Part shown: piece by piece, positions 48,576-61,768 of the stretch
Layout: each line of letters opens with the position of its first letter
Numbering within the stretch: position 1 is the first letter of the stretch
Assembly: GCA_001662655.1 (NCBI GenBank)
Contig: KV460291.1
Length of the DNA: 64,000 nt
Origin: Pseudogymnoascus verrucosus
Lineage: Eukaryota
Reading direction: 5' to 3' (one strand)
Program-made: the position numbers and the translations under genes
Notes under the pieces: generated by a model
Told to the model about the DNA's origin: nothing
The model's input: only the letters and a program-made list of their open reading frames with translations
Databases searched by the model: none

Positions 48576-49297
48576 ATGAAGTTATCCAACTTCCTCATTC
48601 CTCTTGTGGCGATTGCCCCAACCGTCCTTGCATCTCGCCGCATTAGTCGGGGCCCTGACGTTTCTCTCCAGTTGCGCATAAACTCGGTAGGGGAGCATTA
48701 TTACTTGACAGGAGCAGCATCTTACTGACTGATTTCCAGCCTGCCACTGACTATCCCGCATACGACGATAGCCGCATCCAACACTTTCACGACAAGGTAC
48801 TGTTGGCGCGCATGAAGGAATACTTTATCTCTTTCGTGGCTGGCAACTTCACTGGAATGTACGATTTGCAGGCTGACGACTTTCACATCACTGATATCCG
48901 TAAGATCTCTCCTCCATTCTTTATGAACACCCTTCTAACAAATTATTCCACTACAGCTCTTGCGATCGTCAGGGCAGATAGAAATCAATGGCTCGGAGCG
49001 AACAGTGGGTTTAGTTCTCTCATGACAGATGTCAAAGTCCAAGCCATTTCCATCGATGGCGGCTCCGGACCCTGCGAATTCGGCATTATGGAGAATGTGG
49101 TGTGGTTTACGCTTGCGGTTGACCCCCCGGAGGAGGCTAAGCCGGGACTTCCCCCGGGAATCAAGAAGGGTGATACGGCGGGTATGATCATGCTGTCTAC
49201 GATTTGGTGGAATGAGGAAGGAAAGGTCAAGCGCGAACTCGAGTACGGAAAGCTGTTGTGGCCGGGCTTTGATATCGATGCCTTCAAGACTTGGTAA
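48576..49297 (+). CDS. Small secreted protein, possibly SnoaL/NTF2-like fold, 3 exons
   Basis: Signal peptide MKLSNFLIPLVAIAPTVLA; introns at about 48688-48739 and 48900-48955; tail WWNEEGKVKRELEY resembles NTF2-like C-termini; TATA-like atatatag at about 48472. Confidence 0.6.
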
Positions 49298-49989
49298 AGA
49301 AACACAACGGTTGCTTAAGGAGGGGTTTCTGGTAGTTGGGAGGCTTGGAGGCAGATGCAGCATGGGGGGAAGGAGAGTAGTGCTGAATCCTCGTCTAGCT
49401 GTTACGATCATTGCTAGATGCTAGGGTAACTGGGACTCTCGGATACAGATGTGGCATTGGGGGAAGGATAGTAGGACAGAACGCTCGTCTAGCCGTTACA
49501 ATATTTGCTAGATGTTTGGGTTCCCATTGTTGCCGTGATTCCAGACGCGATTTTCATACATGTCAATTCCTACATCAATTTCCTTTGCTAACACTGGCAT
49601 GATCCCCTGGATATCTCACCGTCACGATTCTTCCTATAGATCCTATTCTCACGCTCATTCCTTGCACATTATGCTTCCTATTCATATGTTGTGATCATTC
49701 CTCAAGGTCCTTAACTACACATATCATAGAATCAAAGTCCGTAAAGCCCTTCCAGAGGCCTCCTTGCTGGGAGAACCTCGAGTGAATCTGACTGCCCTTT
49801 ATTATCGTAATCTTCGACTGGTCTCGAAAGATGAAAATGCACAAGGCCAACAATATCTCACTCCGTTAATAGTAGGAAGCCCTTGAAAGGTATTTAAAAC
49901 TAATGCCAGTCTCGGGAATCATGCAAGTCCAGTGTCCAATTTCCCTGCCGTTAATATCGCTCGCCAGCGTTCGACGGCAAATATAGCGA

Positions 49990-52125
49990 CTAAGACTCTA
50001 GGCAAGAAGTAGGCTTAGTGTTTCTAAATGCGTCGTCTAGCGCACGACAATAGATAAAAACAATGGTAACATATCTCACCATCCTCGAAACATACGTTGT
50101 ATATAATTGTTGATATATTTCCTTCAATTGTTAGTGAACCGAATAGTTATAACATAGCATAATAATGTAACTTACCATATTTCCATACATCCACTACCAT
50201 CTTGAAAGCTAAGCGACACCTCTATACCCCTATCATCTGTCCATATAAGAAGGGTTTCTAGAAAGGGTTGTAAGATTGTCTCTAATAGTAAACGTACGAT
50301 GTTTTCTTTACCTCCCTGTTTCGCTATACTTTGACTCCGTCCAATCTGCAATTGCAGCAATTGTCGACCAGGGTTTATTTCACATTCAACATGTAGGGTT
50401 GGTATCCATTGTCCATCCTGTTTTATTTGTATTAGTAATTCCTTTGGAGTTCGTTCTTAAAAGTATTTGCAAGCAAGGAAGATAAGCTGATCTGATATAC
50501 CTTGGGTTCTAGCCTAATATTGACATGTCCCGTCCCTTGATCAGACCAATCATTATTCCTAAATTCGTATACTTTTGTTCGATAATCCAAGTCCGAACGC
50601 AGTATATTTGGTGGGGTCGAACGATGGATATTATTGTAGATGCGTACACGTCGGAAGAGTGAAACCTGGTCTATTTCCTCTTGATTTCCGCCGCGTTTGC
50701 GTTTGAGAGAGTCCATAGGCAGAGAAGGACCGAGCATATGAGGGGACTTTACCAAACCAGGTTCGTTATTTGTAAGATTAATGTCGCTGATATTATCTGA
50801 AACATCCTTTAAATCCAGTACTCGGCGAAAATTCAATCCACAATTTGGACTTTAGCAATTTTATTAGCTTTCCTCTTTAGAAGCACCTTGCAATGAATAG
50901 TACCTACCACACGGTATCTTCTTCAGTAGATTTACCACAATCCGTTTTGCAAGTTGGACAGTTATTTGTTGGTCTAATTCGCCGCTTGAATACCATGCTC
51001 ATTTCCACTCGCTGGCCCGGAGAAAAACAGAGGTCCCACTCCATTCCGAGATTGACATCCTTCTTCGTAGCAGAATCTTGTATGACAAACTCTCCCCTTT
51101 CAATCATATCTGATGCATGGCCTACCTTTTTGAAGTTGATCTTGAGAATCGAAACCAGAGCCTACCTGTGTCCTTAGCAACGCAGCACGAAGCCATATTT
51201 AAGCACGATGACTTGCCTCAGGAGAGCGCACAAACTCTAAATGAAAAGGAGAACTCCTCCCAAGAGCGTCAATAAAATAGATTGGCTGCTGCCGGTCTAT
51301 TTGGCCTGGTATTGTCGTGATAATCCTTTGGATGTCTAGGACGACTTGAAACACTTTGATATTTGTCTGCCTGTGACAAGTCAATCGATGGCTATGGGCT
51401 TTAGCTAACTGAGGGAACTGACATCACCTTGGTCGTCATTACCAACAACTTCTTCCCCTCCTCAAGTGCACTTTTCAATAGTTAGCGTACATTTTCTGCA
51501 ATATAAAGCCAGGAGGGATTATACTTCTGGATGCTTTCGGCTATGCTTGATAGACGCTGCATACACCCAAAATACGAATCCTGAACCCTTCCAACGATGC
51601 TCTGGGCTTGTTGTTCGTGGCGTTTCTCATGTAGGGTTGCCGAAGCCCTGTTTTGAGGAAATTAGCCATGGATCTATTTGTCAACCTGGAAACTCGTTCG
51701 TACATTTGCATCGCCATAAGCAGCAATTGGATAGACTCCGTGTGTCCAACTAAATCGGCCTTAAATCTCGCCACATCCTCTTTCTTACACATCGCCCATT
51801 GGATTTTCATCCAGCCATCCTTCAGCCTTGAACTAGAACCTCCAGCTCTCAGATGAGGCTGGTACTTCTGTACTTTCTTCCAGAAGCTGTCGATCGTCAG
51901 CTGACACTGCGCCGCTGCTTGCTGAAGCGAAACAAGCTCAGCATTCTGTGCTGGATCGACTTCAAGTCTTTTTACGCTAATGAGAGCCGTTTCAAGTGAG
52001 TATAGTTGTCGTATAATTTCTCGATACTCCGAGCTGGCACCTCCGCTCTCGCGCAGGGCGTCGATGACTGTAGCGACAAGCTCAAGAGCTGTGATGAAAT
52101 CACCAACTGAGAACCCGAAACTCAT
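49990..52125 (-). CDS. SesA/HeLo-like fungal N-terminal helical domain + ubiquitin-like domain + C-terminal PP4R3/Psy2-like EVH1 domain, multi-exon
   Basis: MSFGFSVGDFITALEL..GGASSEY..KIQWAMCKKEDVARFKADL; QQPIYFIDALGRSSPFHLEF..IERGEFVIQD..PGQRVEMSMVF..CPTC; RTKVYEFRNNDWSDQGTG..ETLLIWTD..SLSFQDGSGCMEIW. The 3' end is approximate. Confidence 0.65.
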
Positions 52126-52520
52126 AGTTATCTCAGGGGGTATCGTACTAGATTCATCGAGTTTGTCAGTATGATGTCGTTGTCGAAAAGATTTGGGGGC
52201 GGATCTGCACCTTGATGAGGCTGAGCACAACTGTACTATGCATTGATTAATTAGTCCTTACGTACAACAGTATGCATATGCAGCCACAAGCAGTAGGGTA
52301 AATCGCCAACATGTATTTTATAGTAGTAGTAAATGTTTAGTTCGTAGGTTTTAATGATGGTGAATAATAATCGCAGCTTTGTATTTGGTATGATATTGTC
52401 TGAAAAATCAACTGTTCAAGCCCAGAAGAAATGATGTATATCTGTTTGCTACCCCCCACGCGCCATTCAATATGCATAATGATGATATATAAAACGCCGT
52501 TCCAATGCCGCCAAACTAAA

Positions 52521-55469
52521 TCACCAAATGCGCTTAGCAACCATTTCGTATCTCGTAACCTTGTCAAAATCCGTCTGTTGCTTCGCCTGTTCAGCCCATT
52601 TCTTTTCCCTATCTTTCAGCTGTTTAGCGCCCTCCGGGTCATCTTCATATATGATATTCCTCTTCTCTTCCCCCAGCTCCACCATGCCGAGCCCGCCCAA
52701 CCGCTTGCCTTTCGTGTCCAGGCCCATATTCTCGCGTATATTCATGGTCTCGTAGCGGCGGCGAGAATATCGAAGTAAGAGCATCCCGAGAACAAGTTTG
52801 CAACTTAGAAGCGCGAGGAAGGCTCCGAGGAAGAAAGCTGCCATGGCAATGAATGAAATAATATCGTCAGAGTCAAAGAACTGCCACGTCCGTTCCACTG
52901 ATGCGCCGGTGACATATGTCGACCGGCCTAGAGCTTTGCGAATAAGTATATCGAGGTGCTCCATTGCAGCCGTTGTTGCGGGTGAAGCAGTAGCCTCAGA
53001 TTCAAGGGATATTGACGTCGCGGTAGATGCCAGTGGTGGTGGGAAATGAGTGGCGACGAACATGTGGTAAGTCTGGACAGACGCGCGGATAAAGAGGCAA
53101 GACAGTGGGATAACTGGGAGGCCGAGCCGTTTCGTGAGATTTTGGTTAACAAATGCGTTGGTATAGTAGTCCTTTGAGAGGATATCAAGAAACTTCTTGT
53201 AGATAACAGGCTTGACATTGTTGAATTTTCCGACATAGCAGTGTTTGATCCAGTCGACGAGAACTTCGCTGCCGAGAACGAGAAGGAATGGTGAGAGAAC
53301 CTCTCCAGACCAACTTGGGATGATCTTGAAGCTGTTTGGGATAATGGAACTGCGGAGTGGAATCGTGGCATTTCGCAACGTATCTGCAGCCCCATTGGCG
53401 GACTGTGGATTGCTGAGGATACTGAGCCCGCCAACTTCGACAATGTTTCGAAGTCCGATAATGATAAGCATCAGCCATAGCTGAAAGCGCTCCACAACGT
53501 CGGCACAAAAAAGCTGAAAGAGATTTTGCTTCTCAACTCGCTTGAAGACCGTCCCTTTGATTTCCACAAACTGGTTGCTGAGAAGCAGTGTGAATAAAGA
53601 GTTAGAGTAGGAATTCACGGCCACATTTAGGGTGATGACTTGGTAGAACAGTGCGGTGGCATGTATGACATTGTACACCAACGTCAAAACGAACATCCCT
53701 AGCGGTTGAAGAAGCTTGGATCGACCATCCAATCCTCGCTCCAATGTCTCATCACACACCAGGCATTCAAGAATATCTTGTCCAACAGCAGCGAGCAACC
53801 GGTCGCCAACCTAAAGATATTTAGTTCAATCCGCAACCATATGATTCGAATAGCTTACCTCCAAAACGTTGTATATAACATACAATTTCATAGCTGCCTG
53901 CCCTCTGATGCTATGATACATGCGGCTAGCATCTAGTTGCATCAAAATGATACAGCTAAAGATAATAACTAGCCCCTGAAGAATATCGGCCTTATGATAC
54001 GGTGATAATGTCGACGGAACAGATCTGGTTCTTCTGTGCCTTCTGCCCCATTCAAGCTTCGTCCTTTTCTCTCCAGAGCGACGGCCTTCCGTCTCCAGGC
54101 CACTGGCGCCGCTAGTATCGGAAAACCTCCCATTTTCACGAGGTCTTGGCGACAATATCTGCGACTGAACGCCGTCCTGACCGCCTTGAATCGGGGGCGC
54201 ATGAGGGATATCAGCGCTGGAGCTATAGCCTCTGCGGCGATGCCACAGCCGCGGTGATCCATGATAAATAAACAATGCCACGAAGCGCGCCTCTGCCGCC
54301 AGCGACTTGGCCCACCAAGATACCAAAATACCAATGGCTTTTATGAAACGCAGAGGAAGAATTGTGAATGTATAAAGCCAGGCATCAAGGCATGCCAACG
54401 TTCCAAACAGAAGAGCAGGTTCTAAACACAAAGGTACAAGTAGAAAGTTCAAAAGCCGTTCAAACTTAACCTTTGCTGACTCGTAGGGGTATTCCTGGCC
54501 ACGAGACCGATGTATATATAACGGCGATGGCCGGGATGACGCTAGTTCTAATTCGAGGTATGTGCTCAACAGCGGAGGGAGAGGGATCTCTTCGCTGGTC
54601 TGCGGTAGCGCGGACTCAGAGGGTAACGGTGTTACTCGTGGGCGTCCATTGCTAGCCGATAACTTGACGGAGGTATTTGGATCAAACCCATCGGATCCCC
54701 GCATCGAAGGGGTTTGTCTTCGCACCGGTGACATATTCCTCGAGCTTCTTTCTTGCCAGTTTTCACGGCGGCCAACTTGTGGGCTAGAAATCACACGGGA
54801 ACTTGTGCCGGGGCGTTGGCTTCCAGACGAGAATCCCGATGTGCGAGCAGATGGTGATCGGATTTGCTTAGATTCGAAATCTTCGAATGTCAATGGATTT
54901 TGAAGGGTTGTCCCTCTTTTTCTGGAATCCGGTTGCATAGAAGCTGGTAAAGGAAGCGATTCAGGCTGAGATATCAAGTTCTCAATTTCAGAGGATGACA
55001 GTTTCCGGACTCCTTCATTGGCCGTATCGTTGGCCGTGGAGGCATCTCTTTGTTTCTTGACCGTTTCGCCCTGGGCTTTGGGCAGTTTTGGACTCCGCAA
55101 TGCCGCAGCGTCATTGACTGGTGGGATGGGAGCTTCTAAATAAGAATCATCCTTCCATACATTATGTAGAGCGGGCGTCGGTAACCGGCTGACAATATTG
55201 TTGCTTCGCTCTTTGCCGAAACCTCCATCGAATTCGGTCTCTGGCGTCGCTGGCGAAATGAGGGACGGCGACGTGCTTCTTGGTGACGGAGAAGGTGACG
55301 GCGAAGGAAGCTGGTGACCTTCTAGAGCTTGGTCGCGCTGCTGGGGATTCGATGTGAGGTATTCCCCTCTCAAGTCGTTATTTCGAGCGGTGGTTTCGGC
55401 ATGATTCATCGATTCCATCAGTCGGCTTAATTCCTCCCCGCAGTCTGTGGCTGGGATATTAACAGGCAT
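52521..55469 (-). CDS. EMP65: Emp65/TAPT1 (DUF747) ER membrane protein, 2 exons
   Basis: FGTLACLDAWLYTFTILPLR, DASRMYHSIRGQAAMKLYVIYNVLE, TLNVAVNSYSNSLFTLLLSNQFVEIKGTVFK, DVVERFQL, VDWIKH; ends RYEMVAKRIW. Confidence 0.88.
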
Positions 55470-55924
55470 GGCGCTCTATGAGCGGTACACAATAGGTGGC
55501 CACATCTATGGCCTTTAAGCAAGGGATATAAGTATACAGGCGTGCTCCGTTGAAACGTAGGTCGTGGACGAGGCTGAGAGATGTTGATGATGAAATGTGG
55601 TGTCTGGTGGCACTCCACTTTGTAGACAAGGTAGCCTCGCCTCGCTCGGCCCGCCCCCAGTATTATTTTTAGCGGATGTTAAACAGCGCAACGAACCTAA
55701 CAAAACTATACAATATTATGAGAGGTGCTATCCATTATCGAGAACTCAGATTTAAATTGAGCAAGCCAGAATCAAGTGACTCTCTTTTAAAAGAGTGATC
55801 CGGCTACATTTATTTAATTCATCATTTCTTATCAAGTCTGTCTATGAAGAGGATATACGCGATAGTCATCTAGCTTGGGTCACCGCGAACGGTTCCCATA
55901 TTCATGTTCATTCATCTCTCCCTC

Positions 55925-58900
55925 CTATTCGCTGTCTGAAATAACAATCGGCTCTTTGCTTGCCCAGCCGTCATCCGGTTTGGTATCTTTCATTTCAACA
56001 TCATCATCGAACCCCTCAAACTCATCACTATCGCCAGGATCTACTGCTGGAAACGTTTCTTCGCCATTTGCTGCTTTTTCAGATTCCCATTGGGCGTAGA
56101 GAGCATTGAAAAGCTCCTTTCCAAGAGCCCTTCCGTGTTGCAGAGAGACAGCATTGCCAATCTGCTTGTACATGGCACTTGGAGGCTGGGTGTTGGGATC
56201 CCATGTAAACGTGTCCAGAAACCCTTGGGCCCTGGCAAACTCTCTGACCGTAAGAATTCGGCGTTGGGTTGGATGTAAGATCTGCAATAATTATATTAGT
56301 CCGCTGAAAGTACGGGATCAACCAGTTAAGGATTGTATTTACCTTGCCATTCTCGCCGCCTGGGTCAACGTTTGTCAGGCAAGTCTGAAATTGCTCTTTA
56401 AAGTCCAACCGATAATAGCGATTCGGGTAGAAGTTACTCTTTGAAGCTCTTTTATTACGCAAGCATGCCATATCGTGCTCAAGGGGCAAATCGTTATGGT
56501 TTGCTTGCGGTCTCATTGGAATACGGGCGAGCCGCAACATTGTCTGAGAGCCCCATTGGCGAGTAACGTGGTTCTTGACAATATCCCCCTTGACATAACG
56601 GCGTACTTCTCGTTGAAATTCTGCAATCGGTCCATAGGCGTACACAGCTCTGTTATCCCCAATTGGCGCCTTTCCATCTGAAGGCACCTCAATTGTTGGT
56701 ATCCCCAATTCCCGTTGGCGTCGAGCTTGACGGTCTTCGCCAGGCACTTTAATTCTCCAATCAAAAGCTGGCAAGTCGAAAATTGCATCTCCAACTGTGA
56801 CTGGATTATGAGGCGCAGTTCTTCCCATGGTGAACGTATTGGTTGGAGCTGAAAGACCTTTGCAAACATGGGTTGGCTGCGGATATAAAGGCAATTTACG
56901 GCCCAACAAGGCACCCCAGAAAAATACTCGTCGCCGGGATTGGGGCGCGCCATGTTCTGCGGCTTGCAGCATATGAAACTGAGCTGAGTAACCCAGAGAT
57001 GTAAGTGCTCGGAGAATGAACTTCACGCTACCTTGTTGGATGCCCCCCTGGACACCGGGGCCGGACTTTTTCTGGGTACTACCCAGTCGATGTTGTAGTA
57101 GCCCACGGACATTCTCCAGCAGGAAGTATTTCGGTCCATAGTGGTCCACATAGGATAAGAATGTCGTCAGTAATGAATTCTTGATCGAATTTGCCTTGGG
57201 ACATCGATTGCACCCTGAGAAATCCTGGCAAGGTGGACCACCGTACAAGAAGTCACTGGGAAATGTTAGAAACATCTCCTCTGGCAATAATACATATCGA
57301 CCCCCTCTAGGTTACTGGTAACTCACATATCGCCACGTTTGGGCATAGGGGGCATCGGCTTTCCCTGGAGGTCTTTCATGACGCCAGTTGCTGTTCCTCG
57401 TTCTTCCTGGATAGCTCTCTGTAGCAACGTGTTCGCATTCTCATTGTATACTTTCATACGTGGAAAGTTTCTCTTGAGAGTTCGACTGGCATCGATATCC
57501 CATTCAATGCCGTAAAGTGTCTCCACAGCGCCACCTTCATGCAGCCCAGAAGAGAGGCCGCCACAACCGGCAAACACATCCATCGCTCGGAGCTTGAGGC
57601 CAGCTTTTGAGAATGCCTCCTGTCGCTTCTCCTCCGTTCCAACCATTACGTTTCCGTCGACGGAATCATGAAAATCCTCAGCATTAAGCGGCTGAAGGTC
57701 TTCGATATCAAATGCTCTTCTCGTCGTTGTTCCATCGAAACAATCAGGCTCTCTGTCGGTCACATAGAATGTATCTTCCAGGTCCTTATATTTCGCGAGA
57801 TTATTAACTCTGCTTGGATGCACAACTTGGCACTTTCCAAGCAGCTTATCGTCGACGTCGATCGTTTTCCTCCTATTAGTGAGATACAGTCTGCGACTGT
57901 CCCGAATGGCGTGTTTTTCGCCACTCTTGAATTCAGTCCGATAATCGCTGTTGAAGTCATCATACCTTCTGAGTATCTGTATGGTGATATGGATACCTTG
58001 CACTGAGTCTCGAAGTTTAGAAGGATCTTTCACAGCCCAATTAAATCCCCCTGTGCATTTGATGTGAATGATTTGACCGATCGTATGAGGCTCGTCGGAC
58101 GCCCTTGGGAGCATATAGACACAATCATTGAGCTTGTATTCAATACCGTCGTGTGAGAAGCTGGTTGCTGAGCGGTCTTCGTCGATTGTGCCTGTTACCC
58201 TCGTAGAGAGCTCATGTTGTATCTCTTCGCGTCTGGCGCAGCAGAAGCAAAGTTGAGAGTGCTCTGTGCCTGCAAGCTTGATATTTTCTTCGTGGAAACT
58301 AGCATCTTCAAATCTTACGGGCGTGGTTTCGTCATCATCATAGAAGAATCGATAGAAATAGCAGTTTGGCTTCTTAAAATGGTCGCTTTCTTCTGAAGGA
58401 CCAATTTGAGTGCATCTCTCCACATTTACTTTGCCAGCAATTGTGCTCTGTAAGGTTATCAGTGGGGTCCACGAATATACACGTGCCCTCTGAAAAACTC
58501 ACCATATCAATATCATCGCAGCGGTCGAGTAGGAATAGCTCTTTTGGGCCGGCAGTTTCATCAAGAAATGTGTCACCTCCATGAGAAAACCATCGGACAT
58601 GAGCCATGGGGTCCCCACTCTTATTGGCGAATATGTTGACAATTCGTGCAAACCAGACCCTCGCAGCTGTCTCCTTAATATTCTGTTTCAGTTTGCCGTT
58701 GGCAGTGAGGTGATCTCGATCATCAATCCCTGCACTGTTTGAGACTTAACAACCATATTGACCTGCCGAGAGGAAGTATATCTTACCGCACCGTAATACA
58801 ATCCCCGGGGAGAAACCGATCTTTGTCAATGAAAGCAGCTCCATAAAACTTCGATAGTTTCTTGTCAACCCACTTAACTGGGGGTATCAGCTCGACTTTG

Positions 58901-59893
58901 TCAGTATAATCCCTCCCCGTCCAGCCTTGTTCCCGTAGCTTGTCTCTATTGACGGTCATATCAATAAGACCACCCAACTTGCCTTTCTGAACGTATGATT
59001 CCATGAGACCTCCTTTCTGATTCAGAGCATCATCTCCATTGCAAACCAGTAGCGTCTTCACATATAATCCGCCAACCAATCTTCCGATCCATCTGGTCAC
59101 GGTTGTATGTTCGGTGGCTTTGTCATCTCCTGAAGGGCGCTGGTGGGGTGCACGAACCCTTGATACTCTCGGCGTTCGGACACGAACGAATGGCTCATCG
59201 TCATCCTCTAAAGAACTGTTCTCCGAGGAATTTTCGTAACCAAGTATATTAGACTTTCCCTCACCTCGGTAGTGTTCGCCATCTGAGCTGTCATCGTCGA
59301 TGACTATCGGGCTTCGAACACCTGGGGGTTCTCCATTCAGATTCTCCGTACTTCCATTATGTCCAATGGTTGCACTACTTGCACTTGGAGCTAAACCGGG
59401 GTCGGAATCGAGTGTTCTTGTGGGCAAACGGTTTTTCGAAGGGCATGGGTCATATCCATTTCTGAGTTCGTATACTTTTCGAAGCGTAACCCTCTCATTC
59501 CAGCCAGAACCTTTGAGGATGTTGACCAACTCATCTGAATTGATCAGTCAATTATATAATAGACTTTGTGGGTGCTCACATACCTGGTTTCAAGTCTGGA
59601 TGAATGCTGAAAAACAGCTGAAAACGCTCTCGAATGCCGTCGTCGGTGACTGTCTCCATTCCATCATCGGCAACATCTTCCATCCCATCATCGGCAACAG
59701 TTTCCATATAATCATCAGTGGCATCTCCCATGCCCTCATCAGAGACAGCTTCCATGCCATCGGCGTCCACAATCTCCATGTCATCATCACAGGTGATATA
59801 TCCCTTGGATATTACGATATATTCTCTCTCGTCAAGGAGAGCCTCTTCAAAGCCACCCATAGACTCTGCATCTTCTTCCGTGGCAGGTTCCAT
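55925..59893 (-). CDS. DNA (cytosine-5) methyltransferase with BAH domains, DNMT1/Masc2-like, multi-exon
   Basis: Motif I DVFAGCGGLS, IV GGPPCQDFS, VI LLENVRG, VIII QSRRRVFF, IX TVREFARAQGF, X YKQIGNAV. BAH segments HVRWFSHGGDTFLDETAGPKELFLLDRCDDI and YKLNDCVY..LLGKCQV. Confidence 0.88.
59640..59790 (-). repeat. About six 24-bp coding repeats (DDGMExVA-like acidic octapeptide) at the methyltransferase N-terminus
   Basis: DDDMEIVD-ADGMEAVS-DEGMGDAT-DDYMETVA-DDGMEDVA-DDGMETVT-DDG. Confidence 0.8.
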
Positions 59894-60525
59894 CCCAGTT
59901 TTATGAGGGAGCCTCCGTCACTCTGTCGGGTTCGTCGCTAGGCCTAGTGGACTCTTATCAACATAAAGTTGGATTGTTCGTTGTAGAGACCGTGTGTGCT
60001 CGGATCCAAAGTGCGAAATCCAAAATCCGAAAGTCGAAATTCCGCTATGGAAAGGGGGTAGGGTGAAGTTATCTGAAAAAGTGAAGCTCTAACAAAGGTA
60101 GCTGCGGGCCAAGAAAACTATAGAAAAGATCTAGAAATGGTGTGCAACTATCCGAATTTGCTTTTTATCAGCATAAAGCGAAAGGTGATTATCTGGCAAA
60201 CATTGGAGGTGATGTAAGATAAACGTGGATTAAAAGGGACGGCGACAAGGAGTGGTTGTAAGTCTATGTCTGTTCCAAGTGAATTTGAGTGTTGACAACA
60301 CCGCGTTGGGGGGGGGGGGTAAAAGCACAATAAACACAAATCTTCTTCGGTATAATTCCGTTACAACAGTCACCTACAAAATTGATTCCAAAACGAAAGG
60401 AGTCCTTCCAAGTAGACGAAGACAAAAAAATTCAGGAATAGACAGGCAAAACTATAGAGAATTGTTATTATCTTATTCATGTGAGAGTGTCAAAGACCAC
60501 TCTGGGGTCGTTAAGGGCAGGATTA

Positions 60526-61360
60526 TTAGGATTTTCCAGGCTCAACTAAGCCATACTCGCGGTGTAGCTCATCCCATACATCCTTCGCACCATCATACTC
60601 TTCAAGATCCTTCTTGATGTCTTTATACTCCTCAGCTTCTTCTGGGGCAATGTTCACTTGACCCAAGCCCGCCAGGATCCCTTCCACCTTTGTTTTCATA
60701 TTTTCAATGCCGTTCGTTTCTGCCTTTGACCTTGCTAATTGAGCCTCCATCATTAATATCAGACTCTCTCTCGCCTGATGAGGCCTATATTCGTTCAATA
60801 AGTGGTGGAAGTTTATGAATAGTGTCCGTAAATCTTGAATCTTCTCTGCATATTGTTCAGGGTTGACGCTCATGATGCCCATGAGTTCAAGAAAGTTCAA
60901 TAGTAAAGACTTCGCAATTCGTTTTAAGATCAACGTGCGATCTGAATGTGATTGTGGGTCTGATCCTGCGCCAGAGCCTGATGGGGTGGCAGGAGGGGAG
61001 TAGAGTTGTTCTATTCCTTGCTCGGTAAGGGACGGTAGGATGTCGTTCAACTGGTAGAATATTAGTTTAACATTCTCCATATCACCAAACAGCAGCTAGG
61101 CATAGGAAACCACATACATTGTAAAGGTCGCCAAAGCTCCTGTACGTTCCTTCGGCAGGAGGCTCTGGCGGTTGAAGGTATTGGAGATCGCCTCGCAACT
61201 CAGGTTCTTTGGGTGAATCATCTTTTTGGCTTGAGTCGGACTCCCTCCCAGCGCGTAATATGGCTACACGGGCGAGGTTTTCTTCGGTGAAGTGCTGGTA
61301 AAACGGAGGTGGGCTTGGAAAGGCCGATGCCTGAACATTCCCTTGTTGTTGGTCTGCCAT
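60526..61360 (-). CDS. MED7: Mediator subunit 7, 2 exons
   Basis: SAFPSPPPFYQHFT, PPEPP..YRSFG, LPSLTEQGIEQLY, SLLLNFLEL, NFHHLLNEYRPHQARESL. Confidence 0.93.
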
Positions 61361-61768
61361 TGAGACAGCACACGCGGCACAGCCGCTCAGAACCAGGCAA
61401 GGTTGTTAATCGAGATATCCAGTATTTATTTCATCGCGTCGTGGTCTATCGTTGGAGCTTTTTGCGATAGGTCCTGCGGTTAAAACGTTGCGACGCGGTA
61501 GTTGAGGAGTGAGGAGGGGCGCATACGCGGGATCGGCAGGGAAGGTCAATTTAAAGCTTGGGGTGGAGCAACGCGGCTTTGGTGGCAGGGATCGCAGTTC
61601 GACCCTGTGGGGTACCACCGCCAGATACGACACACGACAACGTCCGTCAGCAGAGAGTTGAACGCCAAATCTCAGTCGATAAAGGCCACCGCATCATGGT
61701 GTAAGAGCATAATAACATCTCATCGGTGCCTACAAACTGTACCAACTATCTGGGTTCCAAAAGCGACA

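Noticed and set aside
50255..50315. Ankyrin-like peptide IAKQGGKENIVRLLLE in ORF 50172-50360
   Set aside because: Most of it falls within a GT..AG intron whose removal restores the EVH1-like alignment.
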